Source of the DNA: Takakia lepidozioides
Lineage: Eukaryota; Plantae; Bryophyta
DNA length: 64,000 bases
Direction: 5' to 3'
Assembly (NCBI GenBank): GCA_030704615.1
Contig: CM060734.1
Location: 56,978,001-57,042,000 of the forward strand
The translations under genes were made by a program, and so were the position numbers. Below are positions 48,772 through 62,573 of the stretch, in pieces (the first letter of the stretch is position 1; each line of letters begins with the position of its first letter). Under the pieces are notes generated by a model that saw nothing but the letters and a program-made list of their open reading frames with translations, was not told the DNA's origin and did not search any database.

Positions 48772-50836
48772 CCGGGGGTGTGTGATGACGAAAAGGAAGG
48801 CACACGTCTGAGGAAAAGTGCGGGATGGCTGCGCGCATTCTGCGTGTTGCCGAGCAAGTGTCAAGTCTTTGATGATGGCAGTTAAGGAACTGTGGCAGCG
48901 GAGTAGAAGGCTCTTTTCGTATGTGTCAGCTCTATGTCAGATGCGCCGCCATGGAACTTGAATGCTGTTCTGGGTGAGTTCCGGGCCTTTGATGCAAGGA
49001 CTTTCTATTCAATCTCTCTCTCCCCTCTCCCGTCTTCCTTCTCCAGTGATCCGAGATGTAAATAGCGTTTGCTCTCTATCCTACACCCATGGAATGGTGT
49101 GTTGTTGGAGACCTGTTTACAGTGCACCACGGTGGCGGTCGGCTGTGTGTGCAGTGCTGCCATCATGGTGGAAGGCTATTGCAGTCACCCACCGTGGGAT
49201 ACGTAGGTAGTGTTGTGGCCACTCTCGCGCCTAAAAGGACATCATTTTCAACCCTGCACTTCTGGGCTCTGCAACTGCTGCAAACCACCTACCACCTAGT
49301 GTTCACATACCTACAGTCCTCGTAATTGAAGAATGAAGATGTCATGATCGGGATATATCTGGTACCAAACGGATGCGCTTACTCAACTAGGAAAGCTTGT
49401 GTAGGAGTTGTCCTAGAGGTAGAGTGGAACACTCATCATCTAGGACAAAAGAGGGTTCTATGCAACAGGGTCTCTACTGTACGTTCAATTTCCAAACGCT
49501 GTAGAATTTCTCACTTGTGTATTTTGGAATCCGTTTTGTGTGGAGTAAGTGAGTGCATCTTGCATGCTTGAAGACTTACAGGGTTGTTCACCTGGGGTCT
49601 CTTGTCTGATCACTTGGAAGCCTCTAGACGATACACCTAGATAATCGATTGACGAAAGGAGCTGGATTGCGAGTGCAACAACTATGAGCCATCTATCAAC
49701 TCGTGAAAACATCTATCTAGGACTTGTTTCCTTTACATGACTGAAACATATTCCACATCATCGGACATTTGTCCATGAGGTCACCGTGGGTTAACCTGGG
49801 ACATTAGAAAACCAATTCCAAAGGATAGATAGCGGTCCAAGTCTTCATCAGTAACCATATTACCATGTGCGATTTATTAGGGATGCAAGTGGGCGTCCTG
49901 GACAGCTCTCAAAATACGTTAAGTGAAAAAATATGCAGCAACTGAAAAAAAAAACGAATTCAACTTTGTCCACTTGTGACTGAACGGACAATTGCGAAAC
50001 TGTCGGACAGCTACTGTGGTAAGAAACTAATCAGTTTTTAGTTCCCATTCGCAATGAGAGTGGTGTACAATAATCAGAACCAATTTCCTAATCATACCCA
50101 TTCATTTATCATATCCGTGTGCTACCATCATTCAGAACGGACACAGACTGAACTGACACAGAAATTTTAATACAACTGATCCGAAATTCTCTTGAACTGA
50201 AATATACCCTTCATTGTACTCTTTCATACTTACACCTGCCTGGCAACACTAGGCAGGTCGTTGGGAGTTTATGAACCTCCCGTCTAGCTCATTCTCCGGG
50301 TTCAGTAATGAAGGCCAAACAAAATGTCCACATAAGTGACAGAGAAGCACTGTAGATGTATTGATTGCTCCTTCCTTCTTTAGTTTGCTTGGGTTTATGT
50401 TACCAGTGCAATACCTGCGAAAGTCCTTAACTTATACTGTTTGTATCTCACTCCCTTCTCAAATTTTTTGGAATCTTCTGGTGTGAATTGTACATTGTGA
50501 GCAAAATACGCCAATTGTCAGATATCCTCGGCATGGCTGGCTAAGGTACGTGCGTTCTGATGAAAGCACCAACGAACTCCCGAAAAGGTCTCCAATTACA
50601 ATAATTCTTAATGTTCAATACTTTGAAAAAATTATGACAAAGAGATCAGGAGTTATGGCACTGAAATTCTACCGCTAGCTTGGTGAACCAATTAATATGA
50701 TCCCTGCTCTTGATAAATCGGTAAAGTTTGACCTAGTAGATTTTTAGTAATGTAAGGGGTTGGAATAGATGAGCGACATTCTCCCAGGCTAGATCTAATT
50801 ATATTGCTGTGATTTTGTGAGCTGGTAGCCCCTAGG

Positions 50837-51039
50837 TAGGCATTCCCAATGGCCCAGGTTCATCTTTTCCAGGTTCAAGTAGTTTGGAGTAGGTAGTTTG
50901 TAGTCTGAGTCTCTTCATGCGGGCCAGCTGTGGGTCTTAGATAGGCAATCCCATTGGCCCAGGTCCATTGAGCTTGAGATAGTTATTGGGCTACTTTAGT
51001 TTGTAGTCTGAGAGTCTCTTCATGTGGGCCAGCTGTGGG
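50837..51039. repeat. ~100-bp tandem duplication
   Basis: taggca.tccca.tggcccaggt...agtttgtagtctgag...tcttcatg.gggccagctgtggg twice. Confidence 0.75.
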
Positions 51040-52387
51040 CAAGAGGATAGTTAGAATGCAAAAGGAAAGGGTCACTCACAGGTCACGCTCGTTTTTAGCG
51101 TTCCAAGAGCAGCTGTATCGTGAGGATTGACGAGGATCTGTTGATTGTAGAGGATTAATCACGTTGATTAAGGCAGTTGGCTGCAAAGCTACTGCAGATT
51201 TCGTGAAATCCAACAGATTTCCTTCGCTAGATTGATCATTCCAATTGCCTCCAACCAGACATCTCTGACATTCAAATGCCCCATAAAGCTAGATCCGTAA
51301 TGCGACAAAAGCATTAACTCCCTGCACCCCCATGCAAATCTAAGCGGCAACAGGATGCGCTTTCAGCCTCCAAAACATTAATTTAAGCATACTTTGGCTG
51401 TACTAAACAATATCAGATGATGCGAACTAAAGTGTGGAACCCTACAGATCTCGGATCAAGTGGATCGACAAGCCTAAGTAGCTTGCTTGCTGCAACTTGC
51501 GATAACGCCCACCTCGCAAGTGCAGTACCTACCCACCGGGCACTGCAACATAACAGACGCCACCCACAACGTCCGCATCCGGCCGTCTCCGTCGGACATA
51601 CTTCCGTATCCGTCCATACACAGTACACGAAATACATACATACGCTGCCTACTGATACGGTCGACGGGACAACAGTTACGATCGGATGAATGAAACATCC
51701 GGATGACCATAACGGCCCGTCCGTTTCTACGTACACGTGTCATTTTCACTAGGACTCGAACGGATGAAGCCAGCATTCATCACGCCGCGCTTTGCCTGAT
51801 CAGCTATTTCTGTCCAGTTCAACGACAGATATTTACGTACCTACTACCCATCTGGCCTGTCTACCTGGTGGGAGTCTCCAGGTAGGTAGGTACGAGTACG
51901 ATACGAAATGAATACATACGAGTACATATACGTGTCGGTAGAGTAACTAACCGGGGCTGGTTTAGTGGGTGGGCGACCAACTAATCCCGGCGGCCCCAAT
52001 AGCGTCGCCGGACGCCCGTTAGCATGTGCGGAGTAAACTGAGCACTTAAGGAGATCGAGGTATAAATTAGCGCGGTAATCGTGATTTATTACACTGCGGT
52101 TACCCCCCTCCTTTTACGTAACTGCGGCTACCGCCTGCGGCCAGTATCCAGTCGAGGGGACCGGTAGATGCCGGTTGCCGCCTGTGCAGCTTGGTGGCGG
52201 CAGAAAATAGAGGGCGCGGCCGCAGCCGGTCAACAAGTGGGGCTATTTATATAGAGCCGGGCGAAGATATCGTCTGCCAGTCTCCTCCGTAGTCGTCTCT
52301 CTCTCCTCGAGTGAGCGAGTGAGTGAGTGAGTGCGAGGAGTCAAGTTAGACGTGCGAGGGAGGGAGAGCAGCGTAGTGTGTGCGAGA

Positions 52388-54633
52388 ATGTATGCAAAGG
52401 GCAAGCAGGATCACTTGGGGGCCTTCTTCGAGGCCAAGCCCAAGTCGCGGTTCAGCAGGATATGCGTGTTCTGTGGAAGCAGTAGCGGCAACAAGAGCAT
52501 TTTTGGCAATGTGGCCTTGGAACTGGGTCTGCAGCTGGTCAGTTGGGGTGCTCTCTTTCCGAGAAGCTTGGTCGTGCATAGCGTAGAGTTGTGGTGTTCT
52601 TAAAAGGAGCACTCAGTCTCGAGGAATTGAAACTAATATGTTGAAGCGTGTTGTTTTGCTCGTTTGTGGGGCAGGTGGAACGTAAGATTGATTTGGTTTA
52701 TGGAGGAGGGAGTGTGGGTCTCATGGGCCAGGTCGCTCAGACCGTACACAGTGGCGGTGGCCATGTTATTGGGTACGACACCGTCGACACCTTCTCCGCT
52801 TGCACTACAGCATCCTTGCCTGAATAAGCTTGTGCCCTAGTGACTAGTGCTTCGGTCTGCACCTTGTTATCATTTCTTCACGAAGTGATTAAAGTGCTTT
52901 CGACATGACAATGGACCGTACAAAATTGTGACGGATAGGAAATTTATGAGCGCCTTGGTTCTAGCTAGTCTCGCTAGTAGGTTGGATATTTTGGGAAAGG
53001 TACTAGTTGGATGCTCACTTCAAAGACGACGTCCCTGTTGTTCTAAGCTGATGCGTTTTGTGAATTCTGTGTGGTTTTGATGGTTGCAGCGTGATTCCCA
53101 AGGCCCTAATGCCAAGTGAGGTAATGCTACTTTCCCACAGTTGGTGGTTTTCTTCGACCAGTGCGTATACTTACCGGTAGTCCAGTAGAATTTCTTGTCC
53201 AGTAGAAGTCACATGGTCTTTCCTAAGCTGTACGAAGGTAGTTTTCTGTACCTAGGGTACCACTTGGCTTGAGGAGTCATCTGTATTTCTGCTCGAGCAA
53301 GCCAGTCTAGAGGTTGTAGTTTGGTAACAATTAACGTAGTTTCTCTGATCTGCTTTTTATCTCTCCCATTCTTTCCACTTCTTGAAGCTTTCAACAGCTA
53401 ATTACATGGCAAGTTCTTTACTCGGCACTTCATATTCTCATTCCTTTGTATGTTGGGCGTACACTGTGCAGATAACCGGCTACACAGTAGGGCAGTTGGT
53501 TGCTGTGGGCGGCATGCATCAACGCAAGGCTGAGATGGCTCGTCAAGCTGATGCTTTCATTGCCTTGCCAGGTGCACTAAGGCTGATATAACCTTCCGCG
53601 TCCACTTTTACGAGTTATTGCTGTACTTACTAAAGCTCTTGTACAGGTCTGAGGGCTGCTTCTGAAGTTTGCTTGCCCATTTATTTGAGCTCCATCTACT
53701 ACGTCGTACGATGGTCATGATACCCAGTAAAAAAATTTGAATTGTCTTCGGCAGGTGGATATGGCACTCTTGAAGAGTTATTGGAGATGATAACTTGGGT
53801 GCAGCTTGGAATACACACTAAACCGGTAATACATACTAAACCGGTAACCGTTACTATTGTGTAGGTGACATCTCGTATGTGTTAATTCACATTGTTAACA
53901 TGTACAGGCTTGAAGTTCGACTTTTTTGCCTCTGCAGACCCTCTTGTGCTGTTAGGAGTTATTTGAATTGATCTTTACTACAGTGTCGCCATGTCTGACA
54001 AGTTTGGCCTTGTCCATTTTCGAGCTGCTGGCATGTCTCAGTAATCCCAACTTTGCTGTATCTGGTCCTGGTAACAAGGGTGCTGGTTCTCGTACACATT
54101 TGTAGAACGAACGGTTAAAACGTGTGGGGGGGGGTGATTGTCGAACCAGGTGGGCCTACTCAATGTGGATGGGTTCTACAATTCATTGCTGGCACTGTTT
54201 GACAAGGCATTGGAAGAAGGATTTCTCAAATCGGCGGCCCGCAATATCGTTGTTTCTGCTCCCACAGCTAGTGAGCTCCTTGATAAAATGGAGGTGAGAA
54301 GCAACTTCAGCTTTGGTGCATAGTGTCTTGAGAAACATGGCATGCTGGAGTTGTATTGCCTTGGAGGCCTTCTGAATGGTAGTGCTGAGAGGTTTTTCAT
54401 AAGGTCTGTGGGACATTTTTTTCCAAGTTATTCTTTGTCTGCACTTTGTTGTATAGGAACTTCATGTGCCAGTGCCCATTGTCTAAGTCGCGTTTCTCTC
54501 TCACACGCCTGCATCATTTTTGCAGGCATATGCACCTGTGGAGGACAGGTTTGCCCCAAAGCTGTGCTGGGATGACCTTGCAACCTCCGCCCACAGGGAC
54601 CAGCCTGAAACAGCAGTCGTGATGGGGAGCTAA
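52388..54633 (+). CDS. LOG: Cytokinin riboside 5'-monophosphate phosphoribohydrolase (LONELY GUY family), 7 exons
   Basis: Exons 52388-52537, 52675-52772, 53090-53120, 53472-53571, 53755-53825, 54150-54293, 54526-54633, all GT-AG. Motifs [54 protein letters not shown]. Confidence 0.96.
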
Positions 54634-57332
54634 CCCGATCGAGCACGTTGTTCGCCTGCTTCAAACATTTTTCCATCCTTACCCTTGCTGTTCGTCCAAT
54701 TAAAATACAGAACGTGCTTGGGCTCTACAAAGCAAAAGGATCATACCGAATTACTGGACAGTGACCAACTGTACTCAAGTGAGTCAGTAGCTTCGACTAG
54801 CTGTGGGAAACAGACTATACTGTACATTCCTCCTTGTAACATATAACCGAAGGCTTTCCATGAAGCAGTCCATAAATGCTTAGCGATGGTCAGAACAATG
54901 GGGGAACGTCTGACACCCTACCAAAGTCAGATCTCACTTTTGGTTCTTCATACATGTACTTGGATGGGCAAAATTTTCATGAGGTGACGAGTGCTGCACA
55001 TCCACGGCCCTACATGCAGATGGAAGAGTTCTAGCTTGCTTTTTTCCCACCATACAAGTTCTTGTCACTCCAGAGCAGGTTTTGGGACTGCTTGCACATC
55101 TCACCACATGGTTTTTTTAGATCATACTTCCACCAGCGTCGAACTTCTAGCACTGTTTAGGCACAGGACTGATACACAAGTCTGTGTATTGACTTTAGGT
55201 AGCACTAGAGTAGTATGTCGTGAGATGCTCGAGGTGATGAATTTTTTTGTGCACAGACCTTCTCAATTTGAAATTGAGAGGAAAATGATTATCGTAAAAC
55301 TTCCATGATCTTGTCTCATACTACTCATCTCGCTTCTGGTTGTTGTGGAACTGGGCAGACATCTGAATAGCTTGCCACTGGAATAATTCCTACACATCCC
55401 AAGTATTAGCATTAATTTCACTACCAGACCATTCTAACAAAAGGATATGTTACAGTATGTACTAAAAGTGAAAGTATGTGAAGGCAGCCTCTGGGGAATG
55501 ACACTTGCATTGAAGTGTTTAAATGACTGAAGTACTAAACCTTAGATAAAAATCCTTGTGGACAATCTGTCTACCAGTTCCTTCTGCAACGAGGATGAAT
55601 CCGTCGAAGATGGCAATCATGTATATACGTATATACGTGCCATTGAAAGAGAAGCATAATTTTAAAGGAAGTTAGCCTGAGTGTTAGAATTGACAATTAC
55701 TTATTCTGTAGTGGAATCTAGAGAAAGAAAATCGAAAGGATGTTTTAATCTGTAAATCACTTATACGGATCATGCAAAAATCGTGAAGTTTGTTACCATA
55801 CTTAAACAGCTCTTGTTTCCTTATCTTCTTCCCCTAGGACGAGTCCAACGGCTCTATTTTCTGGAAGAGGAAATATGTACTTCAACGTCTTACTGTACAT
55901 AACAGCTACATGTAAGCGTTCCAGTCAGGAATTATCGAATGTATACTGAATTGTGTCCATACGATCATGCAAACTACATGAGATGCATGGAAAAGGCACG
56001 CCCAGGTAAGGGCACTTTGAAAGATGCGTAATCTTCAGCAAGAAACTGTGTACGTAGTCTCCACGTTCCTTTAGAAACAATCTTATTATCTTAGATGTTA
56101 AACTCGACTGCTCATGGTATAGTCACGCGATGCATGCTCCTGATGAGGTTTCAAATTGCACTGTCGAGTGCATGGAAGGTTCTAGATGTCACAGATCAGT
56201 ACATGCAGTGCTTGGAGCAGTCTTCTACATATTAGTAGCTAATCCAAATATATACGAAGTGAATCTCAAAATTGGTACGGGCAGAGTTGCGACGGATCTA
56301 CATTCAATTGATATAAGCTCCGAAGATTGTTGAACATGTGCACCTCAACTGAGAGTTTACAGCTTCAAGCGGCCGAGGACAAATAGTCATATTGGTTTGA
56401 AGTGAGCTTCCTGCATCATCAGGAGAGAGAACTACACAGAGCTTCCTGCACACCTACACTTCCAGTAATGTGTAAGAAACTTTCAGTGACAAGTACATAA
56501 CCCAATCAATTACCTGGCCAAGCAATTGCCGCTCAAGTCGGCGGCGTTCTCTTCAAGCTACAGCGTTGCCGAACAACACTTCAAATTCTGAGTAAAACCC
56601 TCTAGAGAGATGTGCATGAATCACCAATCTAGAATTTTCGGTGACTCTCGAGAGCATGGAAGCTGCCCTCTTCCCTTTTCTCTTCACACCGAGAGAAATG
56701 AAATGAAATGAAATGGTGCTTTATAACGTCCGCACAAAGCTCATAGAGCTCAGAGAGAGGGGGAGAGAGAGGGGGGGAAGACTCTATCCAATGAACGGAA
56801 CCCATTTTCATCCACTGTACGTTGTAATTACGAATGAAAAACATCTTCATCTTCATCTTCACTTTTAGGGTTTAGGAATCTAGAAGAGAGGGAAGATTCG
56901 AGAATATCAGTTTCTTTGTGTAGAGAAGATCCCCGAAAGCTCGGAAGATCTCAGAGTCCGGACATACATCCTGTTTTGGGGCTTCCTTTCCTGCTTTCCC
57001 TCTTTGTGTGTTGATCTGACTGCTGGGTTACTGTGTCTCACTGTGATCTTAGAGATTATGGCTCTCCATAGAAACATTCTTCTGGTTCTCCTTGCGAATC
57101 TGCATGTATCCCCTTGTCTGCGTAGCCCTGCCATGGATTGGAGCTTGTAGGGTATGTGAGGCTCAGCAGATTTTTACATGTCGGGTTTGTGGGCTTGGTG
57201 ACGCCCTCTGTGACTGCTCTTCCGCCAAAGACCTGGCACCATCTCAACCTCCCTCTCTTTGGGTTGTCTGCTCCCGATTTCATAGGGTGGTGGATTCCTG
57301 CTTTGTCGGAGTACATACAGAGAGTAGGGAGA

Positions 57333-59131
57333 ATGCAGACCGGTGGAGCGTCCACGAGTGGGCCGGCGCCATCTCCTCAACCATCAAACAGCCGCATGCC
57401 CTCGACTCCAGCCTTCACACCGCACATGTCGACCATGCCGCCCCCTTCCTACTCCGCAGGCAGCAGTGCCAAGCGCGGCCGTGGCCGGCCAATGCCAGGG
57501 ACGGGGGGCAGCTCCTCGGCATTCAAGGCCGCAGAGATAACACCTGCAGCGCGGAGGAAGAAGCAAAAGGTAGCAGAAAAGATGATACCTGCCAAAGTTG
57601 CAGCAATGTGCCCAGAGTCTGCTATATATACACAGCTGTTGGAGTTCGAGGCGCGGGTTGATAAAGCTCTTACCCGCAAGAAGCTGGATGTCCAGGAGGT
57701 TGTGCGGACACCTCCAACGGTGAATCGCACACTGAGAATGTATGTGTTTAACACTTATGCTAATCAAACACAGAATCATAGCACGGGTGGGGATAACAAC
57801 CAGGGCCAGAACAATGTGCACGAGCAGTTGCGGAATCCTGGAGAGCCACCATCTTGGACGTTACGGGTAATGGGTCGTGTGGTTGAGCCAGAAGACAGGG
57901 ATCCAGAGGGCAATGCGAAGCCAAATCCTTCATTACCCAAGTTTTCGTCTTTCTTTAAGCGAATCACGATACAACTGGACCCACGTTTGTATCCGGACAA
58001 CCACAGTATCGTCTGGGATGGAGCGCGGGCGGTGAACCATGTCGAGGGGTTCGAAATTAAGAGGAGGGGGGATACCGAGTTTGTAGTGAGTGTAAGGCTG
58101 GAGTTGGATTATGGCCCCGATCGATTCAAGCTGTCACCGGCCCTTGCCGGACTCCTGGGCGTTGAGGTGGATACGCGTCCGCGCATCATTGCAGCTCTGT
58201 GGCAATACATTAAGGGTAAGAAGCTGCAAAACCCAGCGGACCCTACCCTCATCAACTGTGATGCTGCTTTGCAGAAGGTCTTGGGCGAGGAGCGGATCAA
58301 GTTTGTCTCAGTGGCCCAAAGGCTCCATCAACATCTATCACCCCCACAGCCCATTCATATTGAACATCGTATCAAGCTTTCAGGGAGGAATCCTGTGGGC
58401 AACGCCTGCTATGATGTGGCGGTAACTGTGCCCTCCCCCTTACAAAAAGAGATGACCACCTTCCTGGCCAATATTGAAAATCACAGAGACATTGACATGT
58501 TCGATCACTCTATTACCAGTTCAATTCGCAAAATTAACGAGCATCGCCGAAGGCGTGCCTTCTTCTTGGGCTTCTGTCAGTCCCCTGCTGAGTTCATCAA
58601 TGGCCTCATTGCCTCTCAGAGCCGCGACCTCAAGATGGTTGTTGGGCACGCCAGCCGCAATTCCGAGAAAGAGCGTCGATCTGATTTCTACCATCAACCC
58701 TGGTATGCTGATTCTCTGTTTGTGTACATGACTGTTGAAAGACAACTATCCTTAGTCAATACCGCAATTTGGACCGACACTGGGAATCCTGTAAGAAGCA
58801 GATTCTTGTTGATCCATTCTGACTTGGTTTTTTCCTTTGGTGTTGCATTTCTTTCTTTCTTTTTCTCTCTCTTTACATTTTACACTTGTTAAGTGCCAGA
58901 CAAGATGTTGTGATCAGGTTCATCACATCGGTGATTGCAAGCATCAGAAATGCGTATAGGGAGTTTTTACTTTTACTTGAGTGAAGACGTGATCTTGATC
59001 AAGTGAAGAAAGATGCTGTCTAAAGAAATTTACTTACGCAGAGAGGATGGGGTTGCAGGGTTGAAGATGCTGTCATTCGGTACATGAATCGCCGGCCAGG
59101 AAAGACCTCTGACAGTGCCGGGAACACTTGA
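57333..59131 (+). CDS. SWP73: SWI/SNF complex subunit SWP73/BAF60 (SNF12 homologue, SWIB/MDM2 domain), 2 exons
   Basis: PESAIYTQLLEFEARVD, LRMYVFNT, KFSSFFKR, TRPRIIAALWQYIK, FYHQPW | intron 58703-59058 | VEDAVIRYMNR...*. Telo-box tagggttt near 56866. Confidence 0.95.
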
Positions 59132-60094
59132 AAAGCTCGCATGTTCCTTTAGCTCATGTAACAACACATTTCTGAACACCAATGTGGTGTTTGGTTGTTA
59201 TTGCCAAGAAGAGCAATGCCGTATGCAAGCGAAGAGCCAGATGTTCACCATGTTGGCCTGATCGACATACGCATAGCTGTCCAGGGACACAGGAAGGTGC
59301 CCAATCAGAGCGGTCTACTTTTGCTCTGCTGTGGGGAGCCCTCTCTGTCCCTCCTGCCAATTGGGAGGTTGCCAAGTAACAGCGTAAATCTTATGGCAAC
59401 CTCAGAATGCATGGGATTGTATCAAGCTAGTTTGAGCTTGCAGCTGGAGGTCATGGTGAAGAAGTCTGCTCAGGAGGCATGTAGACAATTTCCTTTGGAG
59501 GATGGACAATGTGTACATTACTTACTCTTGCCATGGAAATGTGGCAGGTTATTAAAATTGGACAATGGAGAGCGGATTAACCGTTCATTCCTATGCAGTA
59601 CCTCTCATTTGGTATCAAACCCTTACCACAATAAACCTGAGCAAACACACTGAATGTGCTACTTTTTATGGTGACCATAATCTGCCCAGTGCAGATCTTG
59701 TGTGAACTCATTCTTATCTCAAGGTTGCGTCCCATCCTCCACAACTGCACACTCACTCAGGCATTGGTTTTTGGTTTTTGTTGCAATGTTTTGTTTCGTG
59801 CAAAAGTCTCAATGTAGAAGTAGTGAGTAAAGGTGAACCTTGCAAGCTGGGTTTGATTTGTCACTGCGAACGATGGCACCTCAGTTGCTGATACACCAAG
59901 AGGGCAGGCTGATGCTTTAGTGATGCAGTCTGATGCTGTTATGGTCTTGGATCATGCCCCACTAATTTTGTGATTTGGACGGTAAACTGTGTGCTGATTC
60001 CGGGGTTACCTTTCTGGACGAATTGAAATACTTTCAATTCATTCTGTTATACCTCTCAAGTGGAAATGGAAGGCATTTCTGATGGATCATTTGT

Positions 60095-60536
60095 CTATGA
60101 GTTAATGTGAACGGAGGAAAGCTGTTGGAATCCTGTACAACAACTGCGCAACCAACTATTTTGGAGATCAACTTCGGGGCGGTGCGGCGATTACCACACC
60201 CCCATAGGATAGGTGTCTGAAAGGGCTTGCTGATGAGCCCAAAAGCAATCGCCAGCTTTTTAATGTGATTGCAAAGAGAAAATTCCTCATCTTCTTACAC
60301 GTCATGCACTATAAATAATGTATCAGCATGTACCTGACCTCCTTCATCTGTCGAGACAATCTCTCCAGCTTAGCATGGACTTTGTCCACTTGTGAATGCA
60401 TGTTGTCTTCTACAATGAAGGTATGCACTTGGTTCAATCCAATATAACTGCCTCCTGCCTTGTTTCTGACACCTGTGTCCTCCATCATTTTCCTCCCATA
60501 TCATCCCACCTGCCAGCAGCAGTAAATCTTTTAAAG
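60095..60536 (-). pseudogene. Decayed E2/E+/DYW deaminase tail of the PPR gene
   Basis: Across frameshifts: AAGRWDD, GVRNKAGGSYI, VHTFIVED, LCNHIKKLAIAFGLIS, GCGNRRTAPKLISKIVG, VVQDSNSF. HxE and CxxC are both lost. Confidence 0.85.
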
Positions 60537-62573
60537 TTAAGCTGCATAATGCTGCAGATTACTCTTGAGAATATTTTTGGTTGCATGTTCAGCTATCTCC
60601 ACATTGCCATGAATTCTGCAGGCACCAAGCAAAGCTCTCCACACTTCAGTATCTGATTTGATTGGCATTTTGTTAATGAAGTCCTCTGCCTCATCCAATT
60701 GCCCAAAACGCCCAAGAAGGTCCACAATGCAGCCAAAATGCTCCACTGTAGGAGTAAGGCCATGATCTCGAGTCATTGAATTGAAGTAGTGACGGCCTTC
60801 ATCAACCAGGCCTGCATGGCTACATGCTGAGAGAAGAGATATAAAGGTGTTACTGTTTGGCTTCATGCCATCCAGTTGCCTCTGTTCGAATAACTGCAGG
60901 GCTTCCCTAGCATGCCCATTTTGAGCACATCCTGCAATCATCGCATTCCAGGAAACCACATCTTGGTGAGCTATATTGTCAAACACTTTACGAGCACCCT
61001 TTATGCTCCCACATTTGGCATACATGTCAGCAAGGGCAGTCTCCAAGATGAGATCTGGCGCAACTCCAGCTTTGATCATGTCGGCGTGAACCTCTTTGCC
61101 CTTGTCTAGGGCTCCCAGGCTGCCACACGCATTGAGAATGCAGATGAATGTGATCTTGTCCGGTGTCACCCCTTCCTGTATCATTTGCTCATAGATCTCT
61201 ATAGCCTCCCTACCACACCCATGCTGAGAATCATATCCTGCTATCATTGTAGTCCATGAGACCACATCTTGGTGAGCCATACTGTCAAACACTCGACGTG
61301 CATCCTCTAAGTTCCCGCATTTTGCATACATGTCAGCAAGGGCAGTCTCCAGAATGATGTCTTGTCCAATGCCAGCTTTGATGATGTTGGCATGGACCTC
61401 TTTGCCCTTTTCCAAGGCTCCCAGGCTTGCACATGCAAGGAGAACACAAATGAAGGTGATCTTGTCAGGCAGCACACCTTCCTGTAGCATCTGCCCATAT
61501 ATGTCCAAAGCCTCCCCACCACACCCATGTTCAGCATATCCTCCAATCATGGTGTTCCATGAGACCACATTTCGTTTACCCATGTTGTCGAACACTTCAC
61601 GTGCATCCTTTATGCTCCCACATTTTGCATACATGTCAGTGAGAGCAGTCTCCAGAATGATATCCGGTGCAATTCCAGCTTTCCTGATTGCAGCATGTAC
61701 CTCTTTGCCCTTTTCCAGGGCTCCCAGGCTGGAACATGCACTGAGGAGGCAAATGAAGGTGACCTTGTCAGGTGTCACCCCATCTTGTATCATTTGCTCA
61801 AAGAGCTTGAAAGCCTCCCTACAGCATCCATGCTGAGCATAACCTGCAATCATAGCATTCCATGAGACCACACTTCGTTTCACCATATTGTCGAACACTT
61901 GACGTGCATCCTTTAAGCTACTGCACTTGGCATACATGTCAACAAGAGTGTTCTCCAGAGTGATATCTGGCGCAATGCCACTCCTGCTAATGTCAACATG
62001 GATCTCTTTGCCCTTGTCAAGAGCTCCAAGTGTGGCACATGCATTGAGAATGGAAATAAACGTGACCTTGTCAGGCATCATCCCTTCCTGTATCATTTGC
62101 TCATAGATCTCCAACGCCTCCCTACCACACCCATTCTTGGCATATCCTGTGATCATTATTGTCCATGTAAACAAATTTCGTTCAGTCATGTTCTTAAACA
62201 CTTGGTGTGCATCAACTATGCTCCCACACTTGGCATATATGTTGACAAGGGTGTTGAGTAGAAAAATATTTGGCTTGAATCCACTTTGGGTCATTTGGGC
62301 ATGCACCCGCTTCCCCCCTGCTAGGTCTTTCAGGTTGCCGCACTCCTGCAAGAGACAGACATAAGTATTGAAGTCTACCCAGAGGTCTGGTTGGTTCAAA
62401 ATGTGCAGCGCCTCTTTTAGTCGTCCTGCCTTACATAATTTCCTCACATCCCCACAAGTGCTAGAAGAGTTCTTGTGTGATTCCTCGTACGGTCCTCTTT
62501 GAAAAGTCGTGATGGTGGAGATACTATTTCTGCCAGCAGTGTAATGTCCAACAAACAACACTGCCTGATTCAA
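60537..62573 (-). CDS. PLS-class pentatricopeptide repeat protein (organellar RNA editing factor type), truncated in the E domain
   Basis: 678-aa intronless ORF with ~101-aa P-L-S triplets (MYAKCGS, VVSWNAMIAGY, PDKVTF), ending HFGCIVDLLGRFG...VWRALLGACRIHGN. Confidence 0.92.
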   Translation of the reverse strand: MNQAVLFVGHYTAGRNSISTITTFQRGPYEESHKNSSSTCGDVRKLCKAGRLKEALHILNQPDLWVDFNTYVCLLQECGNLKDLAGGKRVHAQMTQSGFKPNIFLLNTLVNIYAKCGSIVDAHQVFKNMTERNLFTWTIMITGYAKNGCGREALEIYEQMIQEGMMPDKVTFISILNACATLGALDKGKEIHVDISRSGIAPDITLENTLVDMYAKCSSLKDARQVFDNMVKRSVVSWNAMIAGYAQHGCCREAFKLFEQMIQDGVTPDKVTFICLLSACSSLGALEKGKEVHAAIRKAGIAPDIILETALTDMYAKCGSIKDAREVFDNMGKRNVVSWNTMIGGYAEHGCGGEALDIYGQMLQEGVLPDKITFICVLLACASLGALEKGKEVHANIIKAGIGQDIILETALADMYAKCGNLEDARRVFDSMAHQDVVSWTTMIAGYDSQHGCGREAIEIYEQMIQEGVTPDKITFICILNACGSLGALDKGKEVHADMIKAGVAPDLILETALADMYAKCGSIKGARKVFDNIAHQDVVSWNAMIAGCAQNGHAREALQLFEQRQLDGMKPNSNTFISLLSACSHAGLVDEGRHYFNSMTRDHGLTPTVEHFGCIVDLLGRFGQLDEAEDFINKMPIKSDTEVWRALLGACRIHGNVEIAEHATKNILKSNLQHYAA

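Noticed and set aside
57138-58892. 584-aa single-exon model for the SWIB gene
   Set aside because: It starts at a non-ATG codon in the leader and reads into the intron. The spliced 57333-59131 model restores PWVEDAVIRY.
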